A stretch of 64,000 nt of DNA from the NCBI GenBank assembly GCA_963823655.1, contig CAWGMK010000002.1:1-64000 (forward strand). Reading direction: 5' to 3'. Below, in pieces: positions 39,723 through 50,179 of the stretch. The notes under the pieces are model-generated. The model saw only the letters and a program-made list of their open reading frames with translations. It searched no databases and was not told where the DNA came from. Every line of letters begins with the position of its first letter. The first letter of the stretch is position 1. The DNA comes from an uncultured Bacillota bacterium. GTDB taxonomy: Bacteria > Bacillota > DTU025 > MWDF01. The position numbers were made by a program, and so were the translations under genes.

Positions 39723-40889
39723 ATGCAGCTATCTTCCATCCTGGCTTGGCTTATGAATTACGGGGCGCCGATATTCCTTCTGTTCGAAGGATCGATACTC
39801 CTGATGGCAATCTCAAACGTAATCCTGATGCCGAAGCTTAGAAAATCCAAGAAGCGCAGGGATGTGAGGATATCCCTTCTTGTGCCGGCCCGCAATGAGG
39901 AGAACAACATCGAAAGGTGCGTACGCGGGCTTTTAAACCAGGATTATCCGAACTTCGAGGTAATAGTCCTCAATGACAATTCAACCGACTCCACCGGCAA
40001 AATATTGGCGAAGCTGGCGGCTGAGGATTCAAGGCTTAAAGTCATCAACGGCAAACCGCTTCCCGACGGCTGGCTCGGCATGTGCTGGGCATGCGATCAG
40101 CTCGCAAAGGCCTCTAACGGGGAATATATAATGTTCTTCGATGCCGACACCTGGACTGAGCCCATTTGCGCGGGCGCAACGCTCGACGTTTTCGAGAACA
40201 TGAAAGCCGACATGGTATCCGGCATCGCGCGCCACCACTTCGGCGGCTTGGCAGAGACCATGGCGGTCTCCCTGGCCCCCTGGGGAATGCTCAGCGTCTT
40301 CCCGGTCGCCCTCATGCACTATCTGAAGCTCGGCTTTCCGTCGATTGCCGCCGGCATGTACATGACATTCAGGCGCGAGAAGTACTTCGAAATAGGCGGC
40401 CACGAGGCCGTAAAGATGGATGCAGTCCTGGACAAGTCCCTTGCCCGCATGATGAAGAGGAAGGGTATGAAGATCATCTGCGTCGACGCCACCGAGGCGG
40501 TCCACTGCAGGATGTACCACAGCATGAAGGATGCCTTCCTGGGCTTCGCCAAGAACATATTCGCGACGTTCGACTTCGGGGTTCTTAGGTGCGTCTCGAT
40601 CTTCCTGATCATGCTTGTCTCATTCCTGACCCCGGTAGTGTACTTGATAGCCTTCGGTATGAGCGATCCTGCGCTTGCTACTAAAGCCCTCATATTGGTC
40701 GGCATGTCGCTTGTGCTCTGGTCCATTACGCATATAAAGACCAAGATACCCATGTATATCGTGCCGCTGTATCCTATATCGTTTACGATCTGGTTTCTTA
40801 TGACGATGACTTCGGTGGTCCATGCCATATTCGGCCTGTCCACATGGAAGGGCAGGAAGATGCCCAGGCCCAAGGTCAGCATATTCTAA
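39723..40889 (+). CDS. Glycosyltransferase family 2 (CrtQ/HpnB-like, membrane-anchored)
   Basis: LVPARNEE, DNSTDST, PDGWLG, FFDAD, IGGHEAV, CRMY, GFAKN, WKGR. Confidence 0.85.
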   Translation: MQLSSILAWLMNYGAPIFLLFEGSILLMAISNVILMPKLRKSKKRRDVRISLLVPARNEENNIERCVRGLLNQDYPNFEVIVLNDNSTDSTGKILAKLAAEDSRLKVINGKPLPDGWLGMCWACDQLAKASNGEYIMFFDADTWTEPICAGATLDVFENMKADMVSGIARHHFGGLAETMAVSLAPWGMLSVFPVALMHYLKLGFPSIAAGMYMTFRREKYFEIGGHEAVKMDAVLDKSLARMMKRKGMKIICVDATEAVHCRMYHSMKDAFLGFAKNIFATFDFGVLRCVSIFLIMLVSFLTPVVYLIAFGMSDPALATKALILVGMSLVLWSITHIKTKIPMYIVPLYPISFTIWFLMTMTSVVHAIFGLSTWKGRKMPRPKVSIF

Positions 40890-40918
40890 CCAGAGAGCAT
40901 AAGGCTTCGATAGAAATG

Positions 40919-40956
40919 GCCCCTGCGGACGCCTCAAACATCCGCAGGGGCTTTTC
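40919..40956 (+). terminator. Rho-independent terminator
   Basis: GCCCCTGCGGA...TCCGCAGGGGC followed by TTTT. Confidence 0.8.
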
Positions 40957-41047
40957 ACATGCTCGCTTATTCCTCGCCTTTGAATCTAATCCGCACGGCT
41001 TTGCACGCACTATAATCCCAATGGCACCTCAGCCCTCCGTTTGGGTA

Positions 41048-42290
41048 CTATAAGGCCGGCATGCTCTGCTTGAGGTGGTCCATCTTAGTGGAATCCTTGC
41101 CCAGCTTCTTGGACAGAAGGACCCAATAGTACTCTATGCTGTATTTGAAGCCCGACTTCTTCCAGAAGTGCAGGATGATCAGCCATAGCAGCACATTCAG
41201 CCCGCCGAAGAGAAGGCAGCCGTTTATCGTCTGGTTCCACGACGGAATGAGCTGGAGCAGTATCATCCTCAAAATTTCGGACAGCGTTGTCTCTAGCGTA
41301 TAGATCGTAAGGCTTATCCTGCTGAAGTCCCTCACAAAGCCCAGGGCGTTAACGGCTTTCGTCCTCTTTTCCAAAAACAACACCGCAAACAGGAACATCA
41401 GGATGAAGATCCCAAGCTCGAAGTTGGTCTTGAAGTACCAGAAGTAGTCGGGCTTCGATATCGTCTTCTCGAACTGCATGACGCCGTAAATTCCATATGC
41501 AATGAAGAAGACTCCCAGGGGGATTCCCACTGCCCTGAGCAGTTTGTCCCTGCGGTTGTAGATCATCATGCCCAGCATAATCCCAAGTATCCCGTACGCG
41601 AGGTATGGGATCAGAGGATAAGGGTTTGCGATCGTAAAGCTGTAGAAAAGGGATAGCAGATGCTGCCCATTCTCGAGCGCTTGGGTGAAGTATGGATAGA
41701 TGCTAACCCTTACGAATGAGAGGATCATGATTAGCGTGCCCGAAACTCCCTAGGATCAGGTAATTCCTCTTCTCCTTAGAAATCCCGCCATTTCTTAAAA
41801 GCAGGTAAAGCACCAATGTGAGCACCATCAAGTTGATGGAGATCGCCGATAATGACGAGCCCTCAAAGAACAAGGAAGCTTTGGGCAAAACGAGCTGCAT
41901 GCTGCGCAATGAGCCTGCAACTAGGGTCATGTCGGGCTGGTTGTTCACGAAATCGTTGGCCCACCTTCCAAGAGCGAGGTTCAGTATATAGTGGAAGGCT
42001 ACATAGGCTAGCCCTGCGTAGATGGGGAACAGGAAGGTTTTCGGGCTGAACTCCCCCTTGTTGCGCCTCAGAAGCATCATCGTGTTCACGATAGTCGAAT
42101 ACATCACGAATATGCCGCCCCAAAGGGCCATGAAGCTCAACAGGATGATGAGCAGCGGAGGGTCGCTGAAGTCTATCTTGTGGATGTTGGCATAGTTGAA
42201 AATCGATGTATGGAAGAACAATATGAACATCACTGCGGCTCCGCGCAACACATCAAGGGATCCCAACCTTCTGCTTTCCATTTTCATCAC
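41048..42290 (-). CDS. Polytopic membrane protein, HGSNAT/DUF1624 acyltransferase-like, frameshifted near 41745
   Basis: N-terminal RLGSLDVLRGAAV..ILFFH; YPLIPYLAYGILG; about 10 TM helices across two ORF pieces. Confidence 0.65.
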
Positions 42291-42291
42291 C

Positions 42292-43666
42292 TCAGATTAC
42301 ATTGAAATTCCTGTGTATCCTGATCAGCTTGCCTGAATTGGGGCTGGTTTCCGGCTTCCCGAATACCACGTCCACCTTCGGGGGTTTGCAATTATAGCGA
42401 AGGAAGACATCCTGTATGTTCTTGACCACTGGGCTTATATCGAAGGGGCCTTCTGAGGGCTCGTCTCTCAGCTGCAGGCGGACGAGTATGTCCTCGGGGG
42501 AGTTCTGTATCGCCTGGTATTCATCAATGCTGTCGGACGCGGTAATGATCGCCCGGCTTATGTAGTCCGGGAAGATGTACTGCCATTCGCCGGTGCTCAC
42601 GCTCTTCGCCCAGAAGAGGTCATCCGCCCTGCCCTGGATGCTTTCGATCACGCGGAAATTAGAGCCGCAAGCGCACTTGTGCGGGCTAATCGTTACGATG
42701 TCGTTTAGCGCGTATCGGATGATGGGCTGCGACCTTTTGTGAAGGTCGGTGACGATGAGCTTCTGGCATGGCTGCCCCGGGGGCGTCGGCGTGCCGTCCA
42801 GCGTTCAGGGTCTCCACAAATACAAGATCCTCGTTTATATGCAAGCTGCCGAGCCTGCAGGAGATGGCGATCGGCCCCTCAGTGCACTTGTAGATCTCAT
42901 GCACGGGGCAATTGAACACGGATATCAGGTATTCCTTCACGTCGGGGTACAGGATCTCGGCATATGATACCAACCGCTTCGGGGCAATCGACAGAGCGCC
43001 ATTCTCCACCTCTTTGGCGATGATCTTGAGCATGGAGGGAGGCGCGGAGATTACGTTAGGCTTCAGCCTTTGAAGCTGCTCCCTGATCTCGCTGATGTTG
43101 CCAAGCTGGCTTATGTAGGTCAATTTATGGCCGAAGAGGTTCAGGTTGAAGGCGGGCGCGCTCACCCTAAGTATGAAGGCGAGGTTCATCTTTTCGCCCT
43201 TCGGGAAGTCGAAGCGGGCGAAAAGTGCCGCCTTCATGTAGTTTTCTTCCGACCGGGTCACGATCTCCACGCCCTTGTTGCCGCTGGTGCCCGACGACAT
43301 GCCCACGTTGATGCCGCGAAGCCGCCTGGAGAAATCCCTGGTGCGCTCCACTTCCAGGCAGAAGTCCAGGACCTCCTGCCTCGACAATCCCACCGTGTTG
43401 TAGTCCGTCAGGTTGTCCATCATGATCTTCTTGTTGACGAAGGGCAGCGAATGGAAGTCTTCGGGCTCGTACCCCTTATAGTGCTCCTTGAAGAACTTGG
43501 AGTGCCTCAAGGCATGCCTTACAATCTCCCTTGCCCTGTCGTGCTGGTAACGAGAGATCTCCTCGCTGCTGTAGTGGCTGAACCGATACTTGCACAGAAG
43601 GAAGAAGAGCGGGAAGAACCCCGCCTCAAATGCGCCCGGTATTTTTCGAAGAAGCGATGTTAGCAT
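42292..43666 (-). CDS. Phenylacetate-CoA ligase / F390-synthetase-like adenylate-forming enzyme, frameshifted near 42800
   Basis: SSGTSGNKG P-loop, PPSML, AEIL, IYKCTEG, LHINED, QPIIRYALND, IQGRADD, SGKLIRI. Confidence 0.82.
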
Positions 43667-44058
43667 GATTTAATCCCACCATACCTTCTATGATTAGGCT
43701 AGCTGATTTTGCGAAATCCCTTTTAGATGCACATCTCCAGGGTCTTATTCTCGGTAAGGCCAAATCGGCTCCTCGAGGGTGCCTAATGAATAATTCCCCC
43801 CATAGCCCTTTATACCTTCGTACTTTTCCAACCCGGCGATTAAAATGTTGAACAATACGATAATCAAAGCTATAAGCCCATCACATTTTGCATTCCGGCT
43901 GCAAGCAACAACTAAGCCATATATCGATCCGGCATTCCGCCTCCCTCCGGACTGACTGGGCGTTTCCCTCCCGAAAGGCCCTGCAGCTTGCAATCCACAT
44001 AATTTCCTCACAACTGTATTCTAATATGAAAATACGAAAGTATACGGAGGTGCGGCCA

Positions 44059-45499
44059 ATGCCTGTCGCAAGGATTACAAAGACGCTCAAAATTGACGGG
44101 ATGACGTGTTCAAGCTGCGAGAACAGAATAGAGAAGAAGCTGCAGGGCTTGCCCGGGGTACTTGAAGCCAAGGTGAGCTACTCGGACCGCCTGGCGAAGG
44201 TGACTTTCGATGAGAATGTGATCAAGCTGGAAGACATAATCGCAAGCATCGACGGGCTCGATTACAAGGCTTCAGAAATCTCAAAAAGCGCAGGCGGCGG
44301 GACTAGCATCACCAAGGTAGTCGGCGTCGGCGTAATCATATTCGCCCTCTATTACATAATAGGCCGCCTGGGCGGCTTCACCATATTCAACTCGTTCCCG
44401 CTTGCCAAAGAGGGAATGGGCTACGGGATGCTGTTCGTCATAGGGCTTCTGACCTCCGTCCACTGCATAGCGATGTGCGGCGGCATCAACATATCTCAGA
44501 GCGTAGGCAAGGCTTCAAGCGCCTCCGAAGAGAATATTAAAATCTCCGCCCTGAGGCCGCCGTTTCCTTTACAACGCCGGCAGGGTCGTATCCTATACGG
44601 TCATCGGCGGCATAGTCGGCGCGATAGGCTCGGTCGTTAGCTTCTCCGGGTACGCCAAGGGGATCGTGCAGCTTGCAGCCGGCCTGTTCATGATAATCAT
44701 GGGGCTTAGCATGATGAACATCCTCCCGTCGCTATCCAGGCTGGTCCCAAGGCTGCCAAAGTCCCTTGCGGGCAGGATAAGCAAAGGGCAAACCGGCAGG
44801 AGCCCATTTATAATCGGCCTTCTCAACGGCCTTATGCCGTGCGGCCCATTGCAGGCCATGCAGCTTTACGCCCTATCCACCGGAAGCATAATAGGCGGCG
44901 CGCTCTCGATGCTGGTCTTCAGCCTCGGCACTGTGCCCCTGATGTTCGGACTAGGCGCAGTGAGCTCGCTTCTGAACAAGAAGTTCACCGGCAAGCTTAT
45001 AACGGCAAGCGCAGTGCTGGTCGTGCTCCTCGGAGTCTTCATGCTCGGCAACGGCTTGAGCCTGTCCGGCGTCTCGGCGCCTGTTGTCGCGGCGGAAAGG
45101 CCCAACGGCAAAGTGGCCCAGATCGTGGACGGCATACAGATAGTGACCGTTAAGCTCTCCTCCAATAGCTATGAGCCGATAGTCGTGCAGAAGGGCATAC
45201 CCGTCAGATGGGTCATCCAGGCGGACAGGGCCAGCATCAACGGCTGCAACAACCGGATCATCATACCCTCCCTTAAGAAGGAGAAGAGCCTTGTTCCCGG
45301 CGACAATGTAATAGAATTCACCCCGACCCAAAGCGGGATAGTGCCGTTCAGCTGCTGGATGGGCATGATCAAGAGCCGGATTACGGTAGTTGACGACATC
45401 AGCTTCGGCGCGAACTCAGAGCAGAAGGACGATGCAAATGTAAGCACCGAAACCGTAGGAAGCGAAGGGCAGCTTAGCGTCCCGAGCTGCTGCCTGTAG
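44059..45499 (+). CDS. HMA domain plus DsbD_2/TauE-like membrane domain plus cupredoxin-like domain, frameshifted near 44565
   Basis: GMTCSSC; TSVHCIAMCGGI; GLMPCGPLQ; GCNN...FSCWMGM; RBS GGAGG before ATG 44059. Confidence 0.82.
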
Positions 45500-45536
45500 C
45501 CATCTAGCTGCGGTCGAAGCATAGTCAGCGGAAATG

Positions 45537-45584
45537 TTGACAATGCCGTCGACCGGCGCTATGATTATACCCAACGGGGGTATA
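45537..45584 (+). promoter_or_regulatory. SigA promoter with CsoR operator
   Basis: TTGACA (45537)-N17-TATGAT (45560), followed by TATACCCAACGGGGGTATA (45566-45584), the C-tract/G-tract CsoR site. Confidence 0.85.
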
Positions 45585-45614
45585 GTATTTAGCCCTGATA
45601 CGGAGGAAATGTGA

Positions 45615-45944
45615 ATGAGTACTGAGACTGTGGCGTGCAGCCATTGCCATGAAGGGGAATGCGACGAGAGGACGACCGAGCGCGACAAGTCGCTAAGGGA
45701 CAACCTGACTTCAAGGCTCAACCGCATAGAAGGCCAGGTGCGCGGCATAAAGGGCATGATAGAGAACGACGTGTACTGCGACGATGTCCTCAACCAGATT
45801 TCGGCGGCGCAATCGGCCCTCAACTCGGTTAGTAAGCTGGTCCTTAAGAACCATATAAGCGGCTGCCTCGTGAGGAAGATCAGAAACGGCGAGGACGAGA
45901 TAGTAGAAGAGCTTCTGGTAACGATAGGCAAGCTATATAAGTAA
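45615..45944 (+). CDS. csoR: Copper-sensing repressor CsoR
   Basis: RLNRIEGQVRGI, YCDDVLNQI, NHISGC; His/Cys-rich N-terminus. Confidence 0.92.
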   Translation: MSTETVACSHCHEGECDERTTERDKSLRDNLTSRLNRIEGQVRGIKGMIENDVYCDDVLNQISAAQSALNSVSKLVLKNHISGCLVRKIRNGEDEIVEELLVTIGKLYK

Positions 45945-46003
45945 CCTTTTAGGCCTAATGGCACAAACTGTAATGAAGCAGATGAGAAAGGAAAGCGCGG
46001 AAT

Positions 46004-48466
46004 ATGAGCAAGGAAAGCATTAAGATAGGCGGAATGACCTGTGCCGCATGCGCAATAAGGATAGAGAAGGCGGCGGGGAAGCTGGAGGGCGTTTCGAACG
46101 CCTCGGTCAACTTCGCCACGGAGAAGCTGCAGCTGGAATACGACAGCGACAAGATCTCCCTGGACAAGGTCAAGGAGGTCATCGAGGAGACCGGCTATAC
46201 GGTAATCAAGGATGCATCCGAGAAGGAAGTAACAATTCCTATCGAGGGCATGACCTGCGCTGCCTGCTCTCAGAGGATTGAGAAGGCCATAGCCAAGATG
46301 GACGGCGTGTCCAAGGTTACGGTCAACCTGGCGACGGAGAAGGCGACAGTCAGCTACGACTCTCAGGTTACGAAGCTTTCGGCGATAAAGCAGGTAATCG
46401 AAAAGGCGGGCTACAAGGCGCTTAGCATAGAAAACAAGATTACCGTGGACGAGGACAAGATCCGCAAGGAGGCGGAAATCCGCACCCTGTGGAGCAAGTT
46501 CACCATCTCTGCGATATTCAGCGCACCGCTTCTATACCTGGCGATGGGATCTATGATCTGGTGGCTGCCGTTTCCCATACCGGCCTTCCTTAATCCGATG
46601 AGGTATCCTCTCACTTACGCCCTGACGCAGCTTGCGCTGACCATACCGGCAGTAGTGGCGGGCTACAGGTTCTACACCGTAGGCTTCAAGGCGCTCATCC
46701 AAAGAAGCCCCAATATGGATTCGCTAATCGCAATGGGGACAAGCGCTGCGATAATCTACAGCCTCTACTCAACATACCAGATCACAGCCGGCAATTTCGG
46801 CGCGGTCGAAGGCCTCTACTTCGAAACGGCGGGCGTGATCATCACCCTCATACTGCTTGGCAAATCCATGGAGGCGGTATCCAAGGGGAAGACCTCCGAG
46901 GCCATAAAGAAGCTTATGGGCCTGGCCCCGAAGACCGCAACCGTGCTGCATGACGGCAATGAAGTCGAGCTTCCCATCGATGAGGTGGAAATCGGCGACA
47001 TACTGCTCGTCAGGCCGGGCGAGAAGATCCCGGTGGACGGGGTAGTCACGGAAGGCTATACCGCAATCGACGAGTCGATGCTAACAGGCGAAAGCATGCC
47101 GGTCGACAAGAAGGCCGGCGACAAGGTGTTTGCCGCGAGCATCAACAAGAACGGCCTGATACAGTTCAAGGCCACGAAAGTGGGCGGCGACACCGCCCTT
47201 GCGCAGATAATCAAGCTGGTTGAGGATGCCCAGGGCTCGAAGGCCCCGATCGCCAAGATGGCGGACATCGTATCCGGATACTTCGTGCCGATAGTATTGG
47301 TAATAGCAATCCTTGCGGCCGCTGCCTGGTTCATATCCGGCAAGTCCTTGGAGTTCTCGCTTACGATCTTCATCTCCGTGCTCGTAATTGCCTGCCCCTG
47401 CGCACTCGGCCTGGCTACGCCGACTGCGATAATGGTCGGCACGGGCAAAGGCGCGGAGTACGGGATACTGATCAAGGGCGGGGAAGCGCTGGAGATCACC
47501 CACAAGATCGACACGGTCATCTTCGACAAGACAGGCACGATAACTAAGGGCAAGCCCGAAGTAACCGACATAATCGCAGCAGGCGGAATATCAAGCGCGC
47601 GGCTGCTGCAGCTGGCGGCCTCTGCTGAGAAGGGCTCCGAGCACCCTCTGGGAGACGCAATCGTCCGCAAGGCGGAAGCTGACAAACTGGAGCTTATTAA
47701 AGTCGACGGGTTCGAGGCCATTCCGGGATACGGCATAGCCGGCATGATCGACGGCATAAAGGTGCTTATCGGCAACAGGAAGCTCATGGACGAGAAGGGC
47801 ATATCGATAGAGCAGCTCGGCTCGCAGTCGGACAGGCTGGCAAACGAGGGGAAGACCCCGATGTACCTCGCCCTGGACAACGCAATCGCCGGCATAATCG
47901 CCGTCGCCGACGTGGTCAAGGAGAACAGCGAGCAGGCTATCAGGAAGCTGCAGGATATGGGAATAGAAGTCGTCATGATAACCGGCGACAACATCAAGAC
48001 GGCCGAAGCTATCGCAAAGCAGGTCGGAATCAAAAGGGTGCTGGCCGAAGTGCTTCCGCAGGACAAGGCGAACATGGTCAAGAAGCTCCAGGCGGAGGGA
48101 AAGATAGTCTCGATGGTCGGAGACGGCATAAATGACGCGCCGGCTCTTGCCCAGGCCGAGATCGGCATAGCGATCGGCTCAGGCACCGATGTGGCCATAG
48201 AATCGGCGGACATTGTGCTTATGAGAAGCGATCTGATGGGCGTCGCGTCGGCGATCAAGCTCAGCAAGAACACCATACGCAACATAAAGCAGAACCTGTT
48301 CTGGGCTTTCGGCTACAACACGGCCGGCATACCTATCGCGGCAGGGCTCCTGTACTTACTGGGCGGACAGCTGCTCAACCCGATATTCGCGGCAGCTGCC
48401 ATGTCCCTAAGCTCGGTCTCGGTGTTGTTGAACGCGCTCAGGTTGAAGAGGTTCAGGGCCTATTAA
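46004..48466 (+). CDS. copA: Copper-translocating P1B-type ATPase
   Basis: Two GMTCAAC domains, TGES, CPCALGLATP, DKTGT, SEHP, GDGINDAP, YN and MSLSS. Confidence 0.96.
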   Translation: MSKESIKIGGMTCAACAIRIEKAAGKLEGVSNASVNFATEKLQLEYDSDKISLDKVKEVIEETGYTVIKDASEKEVTIPIEGMTCAACSQRIEKAIAKMDGVSKVTVNLATEKATVSYDSQVTKLSAIKQVIEKAGYKALSIENKITVDEDKIRKEAEIRTLWSKFTISAIFSAPLLYLAMGSMIWWLPFPIPAFLNPMRYPLTYALTQLALTIPAVVAGYRFYTVGFKALIQRSPNMDSLIAMGTSAAIIYSLYSTYQITAGNFGAVEGLYFETAGVIITLILLGKSMEAVSKGKTSEAIKKLMGLAPKTATVLHDGNEVELPIDEVEIGDILLVRPGEKIPVDGVVTEGYTAIDESMLTGESMPVDKKAGDKVFAASINKNGLIQFKATKVGGDTALAQIIKLVEDAQGSKAPIAKMADIVSGYFVPIVLVIAILAAAAWFISGKSLEFSLTIFISVLVIACPCALGLATPTAIMVGTGKGAEYGILIKGGEALEITHKIDTVIFDKTGTITKGKPEVTDIIAAGGISSARLLQLAASAEKGSEHPLGDAIVRKAEADKLELIKVDGFEAIPGYGIAGMIDGIKVLIGNRKLMDEKGISIEQLGSQSDRLANEGKTPMYLALDNAIAGIIAVADVVKENSEQAIRKLQDMGIEVVMITGDNIKTAEAIAKQVGIKRVLAEVLPQDKANMVKKLQAEGKIVSMVGDGINDAPALAQAEIGIAIGSGTDVAIESADIVLMRSDLMGVASAIKLSKNTIRNIKQNLFWAFGYNTAGIPIAAGLLYLLGGQLLNPIFAAAAMSLSSVSVLLNALRLKRFRAY

Positions 48467-48484
48467 GGCGCCCGATACTGGAGG

Positions 48485-49184
48485 ATGTTTGATTTGAAGA
48501 ACAAGGTATTTATCATAGTGGGAATATGCGCCGCCCTGGCGGTCGTAGCAATAGCGGTACTTGGCCTAAACGGCGCGCTGGACGTATTGGGCAGCAAGTC
48601 GGTAAAGTCCTTCGAGAAGGTATTGGAGGCAATACCGGGCCAGGTAACGTTCGACGAAGAGAACTACGGCTGGTCGCTGACAGCGCCCGATAACAGCGCA
48701 AGGTTCGTATGGAGCATGGATTACAGCAAAAGCCCGGTACATGACCTGATGTTCGAGTTCAGCTCTGAGCCCTTCGTCAACGCAGGCCTTGGATATAACC
48801 AAGCTGCCTGATGGGATGGCTATTGATGGCAAAATCATAGTGGGCACGAAGCTGGGCGACGATAGCCTTACATACGATCAGGAGGCGACGCCGCTTGCTT
48901 CCTACAAGAAGATAGTGGAGCTGAAGAAGGCTTCGATTAAATACCACGGGGACCTGGACCACTTCGGAGTGAGCCTGGCCAACGGGAACATGTTCGAAAT
49001 GGCGAAGGACATGAGCACGAATGACAAGGATATCGTTTTCGTACTGAACCCGCAGGCATTCATAGATGCGGGGGTCGATCCGACTAAAATGGATGGCTGG
49101 ATATTCGCGAAGATCAAAGTAGAGGACGCAAAAGGCAAGATGGTCGAGGTCGACAAGTTCCTTAAGCCGTTCGATCTACAATAA
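48485..49184 (+). CDS. Membrane-anchored hypothetical protein in the cop operon, frameshifted near 48790
   Basis: ORFs 48485..48811 and 48789..49184 join (PFVNAGLDITKLP...YHGDLDHFG...NDKDIVFVLNP); RBS GGAGG. Confidence 0.7.
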
Positions 49185-49200
49185 TACAGGAGGAAGAGAA

Positions 49201-49407
49201 ATGACAAAGATAGTGCTGATAGTCAGGGGAATGTCATGCTCACACTGTGTGCATGCGGTAGAAAAGGCGGTCAAGGCGCTGGACGGTGTCGCAGAAGCGG
49301 TCGTTGACCTTGGAAAAGGGACCGTTACTGTGGAGTTCGTCCCTTCGAGGGCAACTGTTGACGGCATCAAGAAGGCGATCACCAATTCGGGCTACGAAGT
49401 AGCATAA
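49201..49407 (+). CDS. copZ: Copper chaperone
   Basis: GMSCSHC, 68 aa, C-terminal GYEV. Confidence 0.9.
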   Translation: MTKIVLIVRGMSCSHCVHAVEKAVKALDGVAEAVVDLGKGTVTVEFVPSRATVDGIKKAITNSGYEVA

Positions 49408-49418
49408 AGAGTGCAAAG

Positions 49419-49449
49419 CGAGATCCCCTTTTCGGGGGGGTCTCGCCTT
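49419..49449 (+). terminator. Hairpin after copZ
   Basis: GCGAGATCCCC...GGGGTCTCGC followed by CTT. Confidence 0.55.
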
Positions 49450-49477
49450 CCGATTCGGATTGGAGGCGCAGGCTCAG

Positions 49478-50179
49478 ATGAGCGCAAGCCTTGGCAAGAT
49501 ACTTGTGGTCGACGATGAGGCGAAAATCGTTGAAGTCCTGAAGTCCTTCCTGGAAAGCAGGGGCTTTGCCGTTCTGACTGCTGAAAACGGCAGGCAGGCG
49601 ATGCAAATCTTCGAGGATGAGGACGTATCCCTGGTACTTTTGGACCTCATGCTTCCCGAGATGTCGGGCGAAGAGGTCTGCATGGCTATACGCAAGAAGT
49701 CCCGCGTGCCGATTATAATGCTGACCGCAAAAGCAGATGAGGCCGATATGGTGGAGGGATTGGGCATCGGTGCCGATGACTATCTCGTGAAGCCCTTCAG
49801 CCTCAAGGCGCTGATGGCAAGGATCGACGCAGTCTTGCGAAGGGCGGGCGACGCAACGTCTCCCCTGTTCAATAAGATAACCTTCAGCGGCGGGGATCTG
49901 GAGATAGACCTCGGGATGCGGACGGTGGTTAAGAATAAGGTTGAGATCAGGCTCACGCCCAACGAGTACAGGATATTGGTGGCCCTGGCAAGGCAGCCCA
50001 GGAAGGTGTTTACCAGGGACGAGCTGATAACCAGCGCGTTCGACATCGAGTTCGAGGGGTATGACCGCGCCGTAGACACGCATATCAAGAACATCAGGCA
50101 GAAGATCGAGGACGATCCCAAACTCCCCAGGTACATAGTTACCGTCCACGGCATGGGGTACAGATTCGAGGGTGAGTGA
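49478..50179 (+). CDS. OmpR-family response regulator
   Basis: LVVDDE, LLDLMLP, MLTAK, ADDYLVKPF, DTHIKNIRQK, TVHGMGYRF. Confidence 0.93.
   Translation: MSASLGKILVVDDEAKIVEVLKSFLESRGFAVLTAENGRQAMQIFEDEDVSLVLLDLMLPEMSGEEVCMAIRKKSRVPIIMLTAKADEADMVEGLGIGADDYLVKPFSLKALMARIDAVLRRAGDATSPLFNKITFSGGDLEIDLGMRTVVKNKVEIRLTPNEYRILVALARQPRKVFTRDELITSAFDIEFEGYDRAVDTHIKNIRQKIEDDPKLPRYIVTVHGMGYRFEGE

Noticed and set aside
31058-40889. Carotenoid biosynthesis cluster (CrtI-like plus CrtQ-like)
   Set aside because: The genes are 7 kb apart on opposite strands, no phytoene or squalene synthase is present, and both families are functionally broad.
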